Source: an uncultured archaeon (GTDB lineage Archaea; Iainarchaeota; Iainarchaeia; Iainarchaeales; JAAZKV01). From it: a DNA stretch of 32,000 nucleotides. A program made the position numbers and the translations under genes. The stretch covers positions 210,001 to 242,000 of the forward strand of contig CAZKBG010000001.1 in NCBI GenBank assembly GCA_964551375.1, written 5' to 3'. This document shows, one piece after another, positions 10,033 through 20,586 of this stretch. Under the pieces are notes generated by a model. It saw only the letters and a list, made by a program, of their open reading frames with translations. It was not told where the DNA came from and made no database searches. The stretch's first letter is position 1, and each line of letters starts with the position of its first letter.

Positions 10033-10262
10033 GTTGGCGCTGGACTCGGTGAAAGAGTTCCATGAACTCTTTTCGATGCTGATAATCGAACATAACCAAT
10101 CAGCAGGTTCTAATGGTTATCTCCTTCATGCAAAATGGAAGCATTGCAATTACTGGTTTTAGACGAAGAGTTATAGTCCAGTCTTCGTTTCAATGGCCGT
10201 TAAAATTGCAAGAGGCTGACTTTGTCATATCCTTTCCAGGACAACCGATCTGTCCACCAACT
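10033..10262 (-). ncRNA. Candidate structured non-coding RNA of unknown family, approximate bounds
   Basis: Closing stem GTTGG-TGGAC (10252-10261) with GTCCA-gcg-CCAAC (10033-10045); internal perfect stems 10204-10211/10144-10151, 10182-10187/10164-10169, 10114-10120/10092-10098, 10064-10072/10052-10060. TATA-like AAATATA about 25 nt upstream at 10283-10290. Confidence 0.45.
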
Positions 10263-10500
10263 GCAATACTATACTCTGATAGTATATTTACGCTTTATGG
10301 TTAGAATTCTGAACCTTTTAGGTTAAATAGAACAAGTAAATATTATTTGTGCGCCCCGCGCGCTAATTCTAAAATCGTCCAAATCAGCATCCAGACGGAT
10401 GTCAAGATAAAGAAAAAAATAATTGTTTGACTTATTGTCAAAGGCGCATGGGCTAATAGTCTGTACAGTCGCATATCGAAACTCATTCAAAAAATTTTTC

Positions 10501-10510
10501 ATTTAGTCTA
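10501..10510 (-). other. 3' strand of predicted 23S rRNA processing stem
   Basis: atttagtcta is the perfect reverse complement of tagactaaat at 13514-13523, on the other side of 23S. Confidence 0.6.
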
Positions 10511-10514
10511 TATT

Positions 10515-13478
10515 GTTGCAACCTAGTGCTTTTAGTATCGCAGAGCTTAACACATCGCCCGAAGGCTTTGTGCGCACACTCACGACCTATCAATCTCTTC
10601 TTCTAAGAGAGCACTCGTCTCTACAAACTGGTTTTTCACAGTCTCTCGAGATAGATTAACTCTTTTTAGGGACGGCTTCGTGCTTAGATGCATTCAGCTC
10701 TTATCCGCTACAGCGTAGCTACCCAGCATTGCCTTGTCAGACAACTGGCACACCAGTGGCTGCGACGCTCTGTTCCTCTCGTACTCGGAGCATCTTCCCC
10801 TCAGTTAATCAACAACTCCAACAGATAGTATCCAAACTGGCTCGCACCGTTCTTAACCCAACTAACGTACGGCTTTAATGAGTAAACCCCTCCACCCTTG
10901 GCTGCTCATGCACAGCCAGGATGCCATGAGACGACGGCGAGGTAGCAAACCGCGGGGTCGATGTGAACTCTTACCCGCGACAACTCAATTACTCCCAGGA
11001 TAGGTTCATTGTAAGACTAGGGCCCTATTAAGAGGCGCACTAGCGTTCGCTAGACCCAAGTTTCCTTCCCGCGTTTCGTGCCATTAGAAACACAGTTAAG
11101 CATGCTTTTGCTCTTGCACTCTACGGTGAATTTCTGACTCACCTGAGCATACCTTTGGGCGCTCCTGATATCTTTTCAGGAGCGTGCCGCCCCAGCCAAA
11201 CTACCCACCAAATGCTGTCCCCGAAAAAGGTAAGCAGTATATTTTCATGAGGATGGTGTTACATTGTTGCCTCAGCAATTCCTGACGAAACTGCTTCGAT
11301 GGCTCCCATCTACACTGTACGCACAAAACTATACCACAACATCAGGCTGTAGTAAACTTCCGTGGGGTCTTCTCTTCCCGTTGGAGTTCCGCAGCATATA
11401 CACAGCGAGGTATGTTCATTTGGCTCAACCTAGGGACAGTAGGAATCTCGTTACTTCATTGGTGCAAGCCGCCAATAAAACGGCAAGGTATTACGCTACC
11501 GTGAGAGCCTCAGAGTTAGGCCCGCTCTTCACGAGGGCTTAGATCCGTTGAAACAGATTTTCACCTACTCGCAGTGAGCAGAAGTCAGTCTCTATACAAA
11601 CCATTGCTGGCTAGCAGAGACCTGTGTTTTTGTTAAACAGTCGGACTCCTCTTGTTACTGAGACCTGCAATCTGCATTGCAGGCACCACTTATACCAAAG
11701 ATACGTGGCTAATATGCCGAGTTCCCTTAGGTCGATTCCCCAAATACGCTTTAGCCTTCTCAGCCAGGAGCACCCCTCCCGGTTCTTGGTACGGTTCCAT
11801 ACAATCAAACACATTCTTTTTTCATGGACACCAGGCCTCGCCAAAACATTGCTGCCATTCCTCATTTGCTCTCCTTCTCGCCATTACAGCTCTCCGAAGA
11901 ACTATCTAAGTTAAATCACCAGACAAGGTGACTCTAGCTAGCCCAATATGTCAAAAATGTGCATTTCGTTGCCGAGTTTATGTATGAAGTACGCGACTAT
12001 GAACGCGTTTCCCCTTCCTGTCCGCCCTATTAGGGAGACAGTTAGGACCGACTAACTCTTAGCTTATGATAAGCGCTAAGAAACCCTGGTCCTTTCAGCG
12101 GAGTGGATTCTCACCACTCTATCGTTACTACTAATGCAAGGATCCATATCGCGAAAAGCTCCACGCGTTCTTACGAACACGCTTCTAAGCCATCCGCGCA
12201 CCAATTTACAAAGACTTCTTCAACCGAAGAAGTTTCAAAGTATCGGCAGTTGGTTTTAGCCCCGATAATCTTCGCGGCCACTACTCTAGGTGGGTGAGCT
12301 GTTACGCTTTCTTTAAAGGATGGCTGCTTCTAAGCCTACCTCCCCACTGTTTTAGAGTAACGACTCGCTTTACTAACACTTAACCAACATTTAAGGGCCT
12401 TAACTTTGAGCTGGATTCTTATCCTTACGGAGATAAACCTTACGCCTACCCCCCTACTCCCGACTTCTACGAAGAATATAGATTCGGAGTTTGGGAAAAA
12501 AGCCAACCCTTTCGAGTCAATACTTTTTAACCAGTATCTCTACACCATATTCCTTCTCCATCGAGGCAACCCTCAGAGGTTTTTCAATTGGAGCCTGCTA
12601 TCGCCAGGTTCGGTTCGCTTATTACGCCTAGTCCCAAGTCACCTAAGAAGATAGACTATCACTAGTTGCGGGCTTCCACCATCTGGAAAGACGGTTTCAC
12701 CCTGCTAAGGACTAGCTCACCTGGCTTCAGGTCTGGTCGCAGTGACTAAAGCTGTGAACTCATACCCTCGCCGCTCGAAGCGGTTGCGGTATATTCGGTT
12801 TCCCTACGGATGCGTCCTTAAAAAGACTTATCCTCGCCACTACAACAAATTCCCTTGCTCGTGCTTCACGACGTACGACCCGACGCTGAAACTATTTACC
12901 TACCTTACCTCTCGATAAGTTCAATAAACAGCCTTTCCTTTCACGCCGAGCCTCGCCCGTAACCAAATAGTTTCAGGTGCTTTTCAGCTCCTATTAAGGA
13001 TACTTTTCAACCTTCCCTCGCGGTACTAGTCCACTATCGGTCTCGAGACATATTTAGGGTTGGAAGTTAATCCTCCCATATTCCCGCGCACTATCAAATG
13101 CACGGTACTCGCTTATTAGAAATCAACCTGTTTTGTTCCAAATACGGGGCTATCACCCTCTATGGCGGTCCGTTCCAGGACACTTCTATTCACAAAACAG
13201 CTTGTTGACTAACACCACAACTCCCACTCCTTACGGGTAGGATTCAGTGCGCCCTCTTCCGCTTTCGCTCGCCGCTAATCACGGAATCCCTATTTGGTTT
13301 CTTCTCCTTCCGGTACTGAGATGATTCAATTCCCGGAGTTCCTCCTCATTTATGAGACATTCAGAAATCCTTGGTTCAAAGGATGCATGCTCCTCGCCAA
13401 GGCTTATCGCAGCTTGCCACGTCCTTACTCAGTGCTCGAGCCTAGTCATCCACTATTTGGCGTAACGTTGCCTACTTA
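10515..13478 (-). rRNA. 23S ribosomal RNA (ends approximate)
   Basis: Minus strand 5' region GTGGATGACTAGGCTCGAG...AAGGACGTGGCAAGCTGCGATAAGC. 3' region GAGATTGATAGGTCGTGAGTGTGCGC...TTAAGCTCTGCGATACTAAAAG. Conserved peptidyl-transferase and sarcin-ricin sections lie between. Confidence 0.98.
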
Positions 13479-13513
13479 CTGAAATAATCAAGCAGTGCCA
13501 ATTATTTCAGATT

Positions 13514-13523
13514 TAGACTAAAT
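13514..13523 (-). other. 5' strand of predicted 23S rRNA processing stem
   Basis: Complementary to 10501-10510. A second pairing, TTCAAAAA with TTTTTGAA, flanks it on the outer side. Confidence 0.6.
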
Positions 13524-13759
13524 TACATACTTTTTGAAATCGCTTATGTTATATTACTGCACAAACTATTAACCCATGCAACAACCTTCAATTCACGCTA
13601 GAAATTTTCAGGTGAGTCATCGCTGAACACCTTACTTTCCTAACGCAATCCAGTTGCTTTCGCCTTCCATCAGGAAAAAACTCCCGATGGGAACAATCAC
13701 AATATGATTGTATCATAATCATTACGAATTATGATGCAAAAATTCCCTTTGCAGGGAAG

Positions 13760-13832
13760 TGGACTCTGAGGGATTCGAACCCCCGACCTCTCGCGTGCAA
13801 GGCGAGCGCTCTACCAACTGAGCTAAAAGCCC
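13760..13832 (-). tRNA. tRNA-Ala (anticodon TGC) in the 16S-23S spacer
   Basis: Minus strand GGGCTTTTAGCTCAGTTGGTAGAGCGCTCGCCTTGCACGCGAGAGGTCGGGGGTTCGAATCCCTCAGAGTCCA folds as a cloverleaf; no encoded CCA. Confidence 0.97.
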
Positions 13833-14116
13833 ATGTAGACAAATTCGATTCTCACATGTTGCAAGAACCAAATTGCGCTTGCACCGCAGGTCGAACCTAT
13901 CTAATCCATTTATTTATTTATTCTACTCGCTTCGCAAGTAAATAAATTTAAGGTTGGTTAGTGATATGAGACTGCAATGATTACCAAATCATTACACTTC
14001 GCATATTAATGCTTGTAGCTCTAAAACAACTTTTCGCACATATGAAAAGAAAAAACTCCATTAAAGGAATTTTATTTTTCAAAACAAATAATTCTCGAAA
14101 GAATTTTTTTGTTTAT

Positions 14117-15605
<1,489 letters not shown>

Positions 15606-16023
15606 CTCCGAACTTCAACATGATTTGCATCAAATTGAAAGCAGATCCATGACTTGCATGGAAATTTGTATTATTAGTACTAAAACTCTTTTGGAATTGG
15701 TGTGAGCTATATCTCACTTACTTGCAAAGAATAATCGCTTATTCTTTCCAAAACCACTAACCAACATCACACCAAAAAAAACTTTGGTGCTCACGACTTG
15801 CGAGCTCGCGCTCCCAAGATATGTGAAAATCATCGAATCTTAAATACAGCCTCGAAGGCTAACTTAAGGTCTTCAATTCGAGAACTTGAATTCACCAGTA
15901 AATCCGATGAATCAATCTGCTCTTGCAACTGCACAACAAAGCAAAGCTTTGTGTGTTTCGTACCCATTGGGTACTCAATGCCACCAGGCAAACCAATTGC
16001 TTATCTAATTGGTGCGGACAACC

Positions 16024-16031
16024 TTTATAAA
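16024..16031 (-). promoter_or_regulatory. Predicted rRNA operon promoter (TATA box TTTATAAA with GGGGAAAGG BRE upstream)
   Basis: Minus strand ggggaaaggTTTATAAAgg; predicted start near 16000, giving a leader of about 400 nt before 16S. Confidence 0.75.
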
Positions 16032-16370
16032 CCTTTCCCCAAAACCAAAAATCTTCCAAACCTTATGTATCAGTTGCAAATGCTGTGTTTGTCGCATTAT
16101 AAGATTCGAAATTCACACACAAAATTAGTTATGTTTAAGTCAAGTGTTTTTGATGAAAAAAATGACAAAAAAATATAAAAAAACTTTAAAAAAAATATTA
16201 AAAAATTATAAAAAAACATTATCAAAAAATATTATGAAATCATTTATATATTTCAAAACCATTATTTAAGCATGGAAAAAACGCAATACAATAACCAAAA
16301 TATTTGCCCGCCAACTGAATAATATCTTGTCCCAATTTACAAAATAAGTTTTTTCACAACAAGCGCAGCA

Positions 16371-16613
16371 GTGCTTCCGTGGATAGGAGTAGCGCTTGAC
16401 CAGCTGTACCACAGGACAGTTATAGAAGGAATGTTTGGGACCATAGTAATATTACTCAGCGCAATTGCAATTATTTTTGTTCTCTGGCAAATGATAAAAG
16501 TAACAACTCAAAAAAATAATCCTGCAAGAAAAGCGCTTCCAATATTAATGGTACTAGAAATAGGAAGCATGGTCTCATTTATTGCAGCGCTGCTTTCATA
16601 TCTATTTTTGTAA
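16371..16613 (+). CDS. Small membrane protein (at least 80 aa), 5' end uncertain
   Basis: Two hydrophobic segments. GTG start in the ORF track, but the frame extends upstream to an in-frame TAA at 16320-16322. Confidence 0.5.
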   Translation: MLPWIGVALDQLYHRTVIEGMFGTIVILLSAIAIIFVLWQMIKVTTQKNNPARKALPILMVLEIGSMVSFIAALLSYLFL

Positions 16614-16616
16614 TCT

Positions 16617-17726
16617 TTAAGGCAAGAAAGCAAAAATCACCAAATGAATTAATGAAAACGCAATTGCAATCAAATGAAACGCCGCATAGAAATATCCGTT
16701 TGTCGAAGCCCGAGGATTTTTTCTAACAAACCAAGCAAGCGGAGCTCCTAAAATTATTATAGCAATTGCAAGCATGTACTGCGGGGGCAAAAATCCAAAA
16801 GTAGCATTCTTAAAAATCCAAAAATTAATGAACAAGCCAAAATATGATAAAATTGCGATAATTATAACATACCTTGAAGTTCTCTTAGCCCATTTTTCAG
16901 AAATCTTCGCAACTGAACTAGTAATATCAAGCTTCTTTTCAAGCTCTTTTGAAGAAAACCTATACCACAAATAACTACCAACCTGAACTCCAATCATTAA
17001 AACAACCGGCAGAATTGCAATTCCTACTGAAAAAATCTGATATGCTGAAATGAATAATAACAACCCCGCAAAGTATCGGCAAATCGGATTAACCATGGAG
17101 CCTGAAATAATATCAAGCATTTTTCTTGATTTGAATTTGAACGGCTTTGTTGTGTAAAGCAATTGATTCAACATCATCACAAGAAGAACTCCGATAAACG
17201 CAATGTTCCCCAAGATTATCCCAATCAAAAATGAAGCTGCAATTAAATCAAACGCAAAGAAAAGCGCATTATTTGGCTTAATCTTTCCAGAAGGAATAGG
17301 GCGGAATTTTTTATCAGGATGCATTAAGTCCATCTTCCAGTCAGTAAAATCATTTAGCGCATAAAGCCCCGCCCACAAAAGCGCTACAGAAGCAAAGCCT
17401 AAAATAAAAACAGGAAAACTGATAAAAGCTGAATAAACATAAAACGCAACAAGGAGCCCAAACACCATATTCATCAAAGTCTTGCTCCACTCAAACGGGC
17501 GCATCAGCTGAATATATGCAAAAATGACATTCATGAAAGGATGATTTATTTTAGGAAGAGGATCTTCAGAATTTAGAAGCTTATTCTCGATTTTTTTTAT
17601 ATTCTCATTATCCTTAATTCTCTTCTCAAGCTCTTTAACCCTTTTATTGTTCTTTATCCTTTTCTCAATATCTCTAAGATTAGCAATCTTCTTCATCCGC
17701 GCAACTTTTTTTATCATCAAAATCAC
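16617..17726 (-). CDS. UbiA-family prenyltransferase, about 369 aa, with N-terminal charged coiled-coil extension
   Basis: LMRPFEWSKTLMN ... YALNDFTDWKMDLMHPDKKFRPIPSGKI ... NQLLYTTKPFKFKSRKMLDIISG, multiple TM helices. Confidence 0.88.
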   Translation of the reverse strand: MILMIKKVARMKKIANLRDIEKRIKNNKRVKELEKRIKDNENIKKIENKLLNSEDPLPKINHPFMNVIFAYIQLMRPFEWSKTLMNMVFGLLVAFYVYSAFISFPVFILGFASVALLWAGLYALNDFTDWKMDLMHPDKKFRPIPSGKIKPNNALFFAFDLIAASFLIGIILGNIAFIGVLLVMMLNQLLYTTKPFKFKSRKMLDIISGSMVNPICRYFAGLLLFISAYQIFSVGIAILPVVLMIGVQVGSYLWYRFSSKELEKKLDITSSVAKISEKWAKRTSRYVIIIAILSYFGLFINFWIFKNATFGFLPPQYMLAIAIIILGAPLAWFVRKNPRASTNGYFYAAFHLIAIAFSLIHLVIFAFLP

Positions 17727-17827
17727 TTTAGCATAGCTTTAGGAAGTAAGTTAAAGTTTAATAACCAATACAACATAAGATTATTGAATAATGAAATATA
17801 AAAATGTAATTATGAAATTGTGATTTT

Positions 17828-18949
17828 ATGAAGATTTTGTACTTTTACTGCGGAGAAGGGCTAGGACACACTACCCGAACTATTGCAGCAGGAAAAGCGC
17901 TTGAAAAAGACCATGATGTAGTATATGCATCATACGGTTATGCAAAGGAATTTGCCGAAAAATCAGGACTTGCTGTCGAAGAAGCGCCAGTAGAACTTGA
18001 ACTCGCTGGAAAAAACGGACAATTTGATATTTCAAAATCAATAATGACAACAATAACAAAGACACGCCCGGCAAATGTGCTAAAATATACCGCTCTAATG
18101 AACAAACACAAGCCGGATTTAGTAATGTCAGACAGCTTTTTTCTCCCTGCAGTTCTTGCGCAGAGAAAGAAAATCCCTGTTTGGATGCTATTAAATCAGA
18201 CAAATGTTTCAAGCTTCTTTAACGCAAGCCAGAGAACATCCGTTCATTTAGTAGGGGGAATTGCAAGAAGATTAACATTTTCCACTCTTGAAAAAATGGA
18301 CAAAGTTTTAGTAACAGACTTTGCAGCCCCATTTACAGTATGCAGGGAAAGTTTATACTTCACTCCAAAACTTTACGAAAAAATCCACTACACAGGACCT
18401 ATTGTAAGAAAACAAGGACATGAACTGAGGCATAAAAATGGAAGAAAAACAGTGCACTCAACAATAGGCGGGTTTGGATACAGAGCAGAGCTTCTCAAAA
18501 AGATTGTTGAAGTTGCAAAAAATATGCCTGATTATAAATTTAATATAGTAGCAGGGCCTAATGCCAAAATTGATTCAACTGCAAAAAATACCCACACTTA
18601 CGGCGCAGTGCTTGACCAAATCAGTTTAATGAATGAGGCAAGCATGGTAATTAACGGCGGAGGACACTCAGCAATGATGGAATCAATCTGCCTTGGAAAA
18701 CCAATCCTATCAGCCCCTGATGCTTTCCACAGCGAACAGGAAGCAAACGCCAACGGGATACAAAAACTCGGAATCGGATATAGAATTGAATACAAAACAC
18801 CAGGAAGTTTAATTGAAGGAATGATACGAGAGCTTTGTGAGTCAAAAGAAATCCAAAAAAGGGCAAAACACATGCAAAAACTTGCAGAGAAAAATGACGG
18901 AAGAAAAGAAATAGCAAGACTTGCAAAAGAATTCAGCCACAGGCTTTAG
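17828..18949 (+). CDS. MJ1255/VC2487-type GT-B glycosyltransferase, 373 aa
   Basis: MKILYFYCGEGLGHTTRTIAAGKAL ... NGGGHSAMMESICLGKPILSAPDAFHSEQEANANGIQKLGIG. Confidence 0.85.
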   Translation: MKILYFYCGEGLGHTTRTIAAGKALEKDHDVVYASYGYAKEFAEKSGLAVEEAPVELELAGKNGQFDISKSIMTTITKTRPANVLKYTALMNKHKPDLVMSDSFFLPAVLAQRKKIPVWMLLNQTNVSSFFNASQRTSVHLVGGIARRLTFSTLEKMDKVLVTDFAAPFTVCRESLYFTPKLYEKIHYTGPIVRKQGHELRHKNGRKTVHSTIGGFGYRAELLKKIVEVAKNMPDYKFNIVAGPNAKIDSTAKNTHTYGAVLDQISLMNEASMVINGGGHSAMMESICLGKPILSAPDAFHSEQEANANGIQKLGIGYRIEYKTPGSLIEGMIRELCESKEIQKRAKHMQKLAEKNDGRKEIARLAKEFSHRL

Positions 18950-19048
18950 TTCTTAATAATTAAAAATGCGCGGATACTTGCGAATGCCTTATTCAGCTAA
19001 CATAGTTAAGTTAAAAAACCACAAAGTTCTAATTGTTCAAGTGATTAA

Positions 19049-19624
19049 ATGGCTCAAAATTTATGCAAGGATTTTTTGTGGCTGACAAAAAAAAGAAAAA
19101 CTACTTATGAATTTTCAGAAAAGCAGGTTTCAGATTCAAATATAAGCAAAGTTCTTGAGTCAGGAAGATGGGCATCAAGCTCGCATAACTGCCAGCCTTG
19201 GCAATTTATTGTTGTCAAAAAAAAGAAAAAAATTGACGAACTTATGAGAATATGCACTTACGGCGGATTTTATTCGGAGCCCCCTGTTTTAATCGCAGTG
19301 GTTCTTGAGCCGATTTATATAAAGCAAAAAGCGCTTCTTGAAGGGGATTTGTCGACTTTCGCATCCACCCATAAGTATCTAAATATTGGAATGGCTGTTT
19401 CAAACATGGTTCACGAAGCAACCGCGCATAATATAGAAACATGCATTTTATCCCCTGTTGTTGCAAAAGCAAATAAAGCTCTTTCTGTTCCAAAAGAAAG
19501 CGAAGTTGTCCTGATTATCGGATTGGGATACCCTGCAAAAGGAGCATTTTATCCGCCAAGATCAAGACTTGACTTTACGCAGGTTGTTTCTTACGAAAAA
19601 TACGAAAAGAAGGCAAGAGAATGA
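19049..19624 (+). CDS. Nitroreductase-family protein, 191 aa
   Basis: SRWASSSHNCQPWQFIVVKKKKKIDEL ... LNIGMAVSNMVHEATAHNIETC ... VLIIGLGYPAK. Confidence 0.9.
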   Translation: MAQNLCKDFLWLTKKRKTTYEFSEKQVSDSNISKVLESGRWASSSHNCQPWQFIVVKKKKKIDELMRICTYGGFYSEPPVLIAVVLEPIYIKQKALLEGDLSTFASTHKYLNIGMAVSNMVHEATAHNIETCILSPVVAKANKALSVPKESEVVLIIGLGYPAKGAFYPPRSRLDFTQVVSYEKYEKKARE

Positions 19625-20172
19625 GCGCAAAAATAATCCAGTCAAAGATTTCAAAAGCCTTCTCAAAGGATATTAAATCTGTTCTTATTTTGAGCAAATC
19701 TTCAGACAATGAAATCGTCCTTGCTAATTCGCTAAAAGCTCTTTTGCAGAAAAAGAAAAAAGGAATATTTGTGAGCCTGTCAAAAACGCACACTTTGATA
19801 AAAAGAATGCTTGACAGAGAAGGAATTAATTATTCAGGGCTAAAATTTGTAGACTGCATAAGCATGACGCTTGGAGAATTTGAAAAAGACAAGTCAGTCA
19901 CTTTCATCGGCGGGCCAAGCTCATTAACAGAGCTTTCAATAAGCCTAAACGGGATAACTGAAGTTGGTGGGTATGATTTTATTTTCTTTGATTCGCTTTC
20001 AACATTAAGGCTTTACAATGACGAGTCAAAATCAGAAAAATTCATGCACTTCATGCTCAATAAATTCAGCATGCTCGGGCTTAAAACAATAATTTTCTCA
20101 CTTGATGACCAGAGCTCATTAAATCTTGTTCCAATAATTTCCCAGTTCTGCGACTTAAAAATTGACGCTTGA
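19621..20172 (+). CDS. KaiC/RecA-like protein without a recognisable Walker A motif, 183 aa; paralogue of 28658-29218
   Basis: Walker-B-like YDFIFFDSLSTLRLYND; starts inside the nitroreductase stop (ATGA overlap). Confidence 0.6.
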   Translation: MSAKIIQSKISKAFSKDIKSVLILSKSSDNEIVLANSLKALLQKKKKGIFVSLSKTHTLIKRMLDREGINYSGLKFVDCISMTLGEFEKDKSVTFIGGPSSLTELSISLNGITEVGGYDFIFFDSLSTLRLYNDESKSEKFMHFMLNKFSMLGLKTIIFSLDDQSSLNLVPIISQFCDLKIDA

Positions 20173-20337
20173 GAAAAACTAAAATCTGATTTCTTTAATA
20201 CAATTCGCAGCTTTATCTCTACAAAGCATACAAACAGCCCTTTTTTGAATTAGAGTTTATTCGCTTTTTTTAGGGCAAAAACATCAAAAAGATAAGAAGC
20301 CGCCGCGATAAACGCGACGGTGTAATTCGAAAAGCAA

Positions 20338-20469
20338 TTACTGTCTTGCTCTCTGTCTTAAGTATCTCTTTTTTCTTCTCATTCTCTTTGACTTTTTCTT
20401 ACACCATTTCCATCTTTGTCTAGCTCGTGTTTTCTTGAACCTGCTAGTATCTTTTGTCCTTGTAGCCAT
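20338..20469 (-). CDS. Small ribosomal protein eL41-like (43 aa): MATRTKDTSRFKKTRARQRWKWCKKKSKRMRRKKRYLRQRARQ
   Basis: Hand-translated; RWKW-KK...RRxKR composition and order match archaeal/eukaryotic eL41 proteins; GGTGA ribosome-binding motif upstream. Not in the ORF track. Confidence 0.65.
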   Translation of the reverse strand: MATRTKDTSRFKKTRARQRWKWCKKKSKRMRRKKRYLRQRARQ

Positions 20470-20530
20470 TTTTTCTTCACCAAGCATGCCCGTTAAAGGC
20501 AATCAATTAATCAATTCGAAACCAAAAAGC

Positions 20531-20538
20531 TTTATAAA
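20531..20538 (-). promoter_or_regulatory. Possible TATA box (TTTATAAA) for the eL41-like gene
   Basis: Motif about 60 nt upstream of the 20469 start codon in an intergenic gap. Confidence 0.4.
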
Positions 20539-20586
20539 TCAATTCAATTGGCTTAATTTTGCATTTTAACTGCGCGTATAACCTAA

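Noticed and set aside
10033-10262. Identification of the structured region as archaeal SRP RNA
   Set aside because: The helix-8 motif (CAGG-N-GGAA-N-AGCAG) expected in SRP RNA is absent in the transcript-sense strand; a divergent form remains formally possible and needs a covariance-model scan.
10113-10304. 63-aa plus-strand ORF
   Set aside because: Overlaps the nested inverted repeats better explained as a minus-strand structured RNA; no protein features.
10010-10514. Possible 5S rRNA linked to the operon
   Set aside because: No CCGAAC...GGAAGTTAAG-type conserved sequence on either strand; 5S is presumably elsewhere.
11264-13482. Multiple ORFs of 60-96 aa (11264, 11611, 11624, 11652, 12103, 12406, 13294)
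   Set aside because: They lie antisense or overlapping within 23S rRNA; reading frames are chance openings in conserved rRNA.
15798-16178. 126-aa plus-strand ORF
   Set aside because: Covers the rRNA promoter and structured leader on the opposite strand; composition is not protein-like and no motif is seen.
16141-16260. A-rich tract (aaaaaatataaaaaaactttaaaaaaaatatt...)
   Set aside because: Low-complexity intergenic DNA between two divergent promoters; no repeat unit or structure beyond the TATA-like element is supportable.
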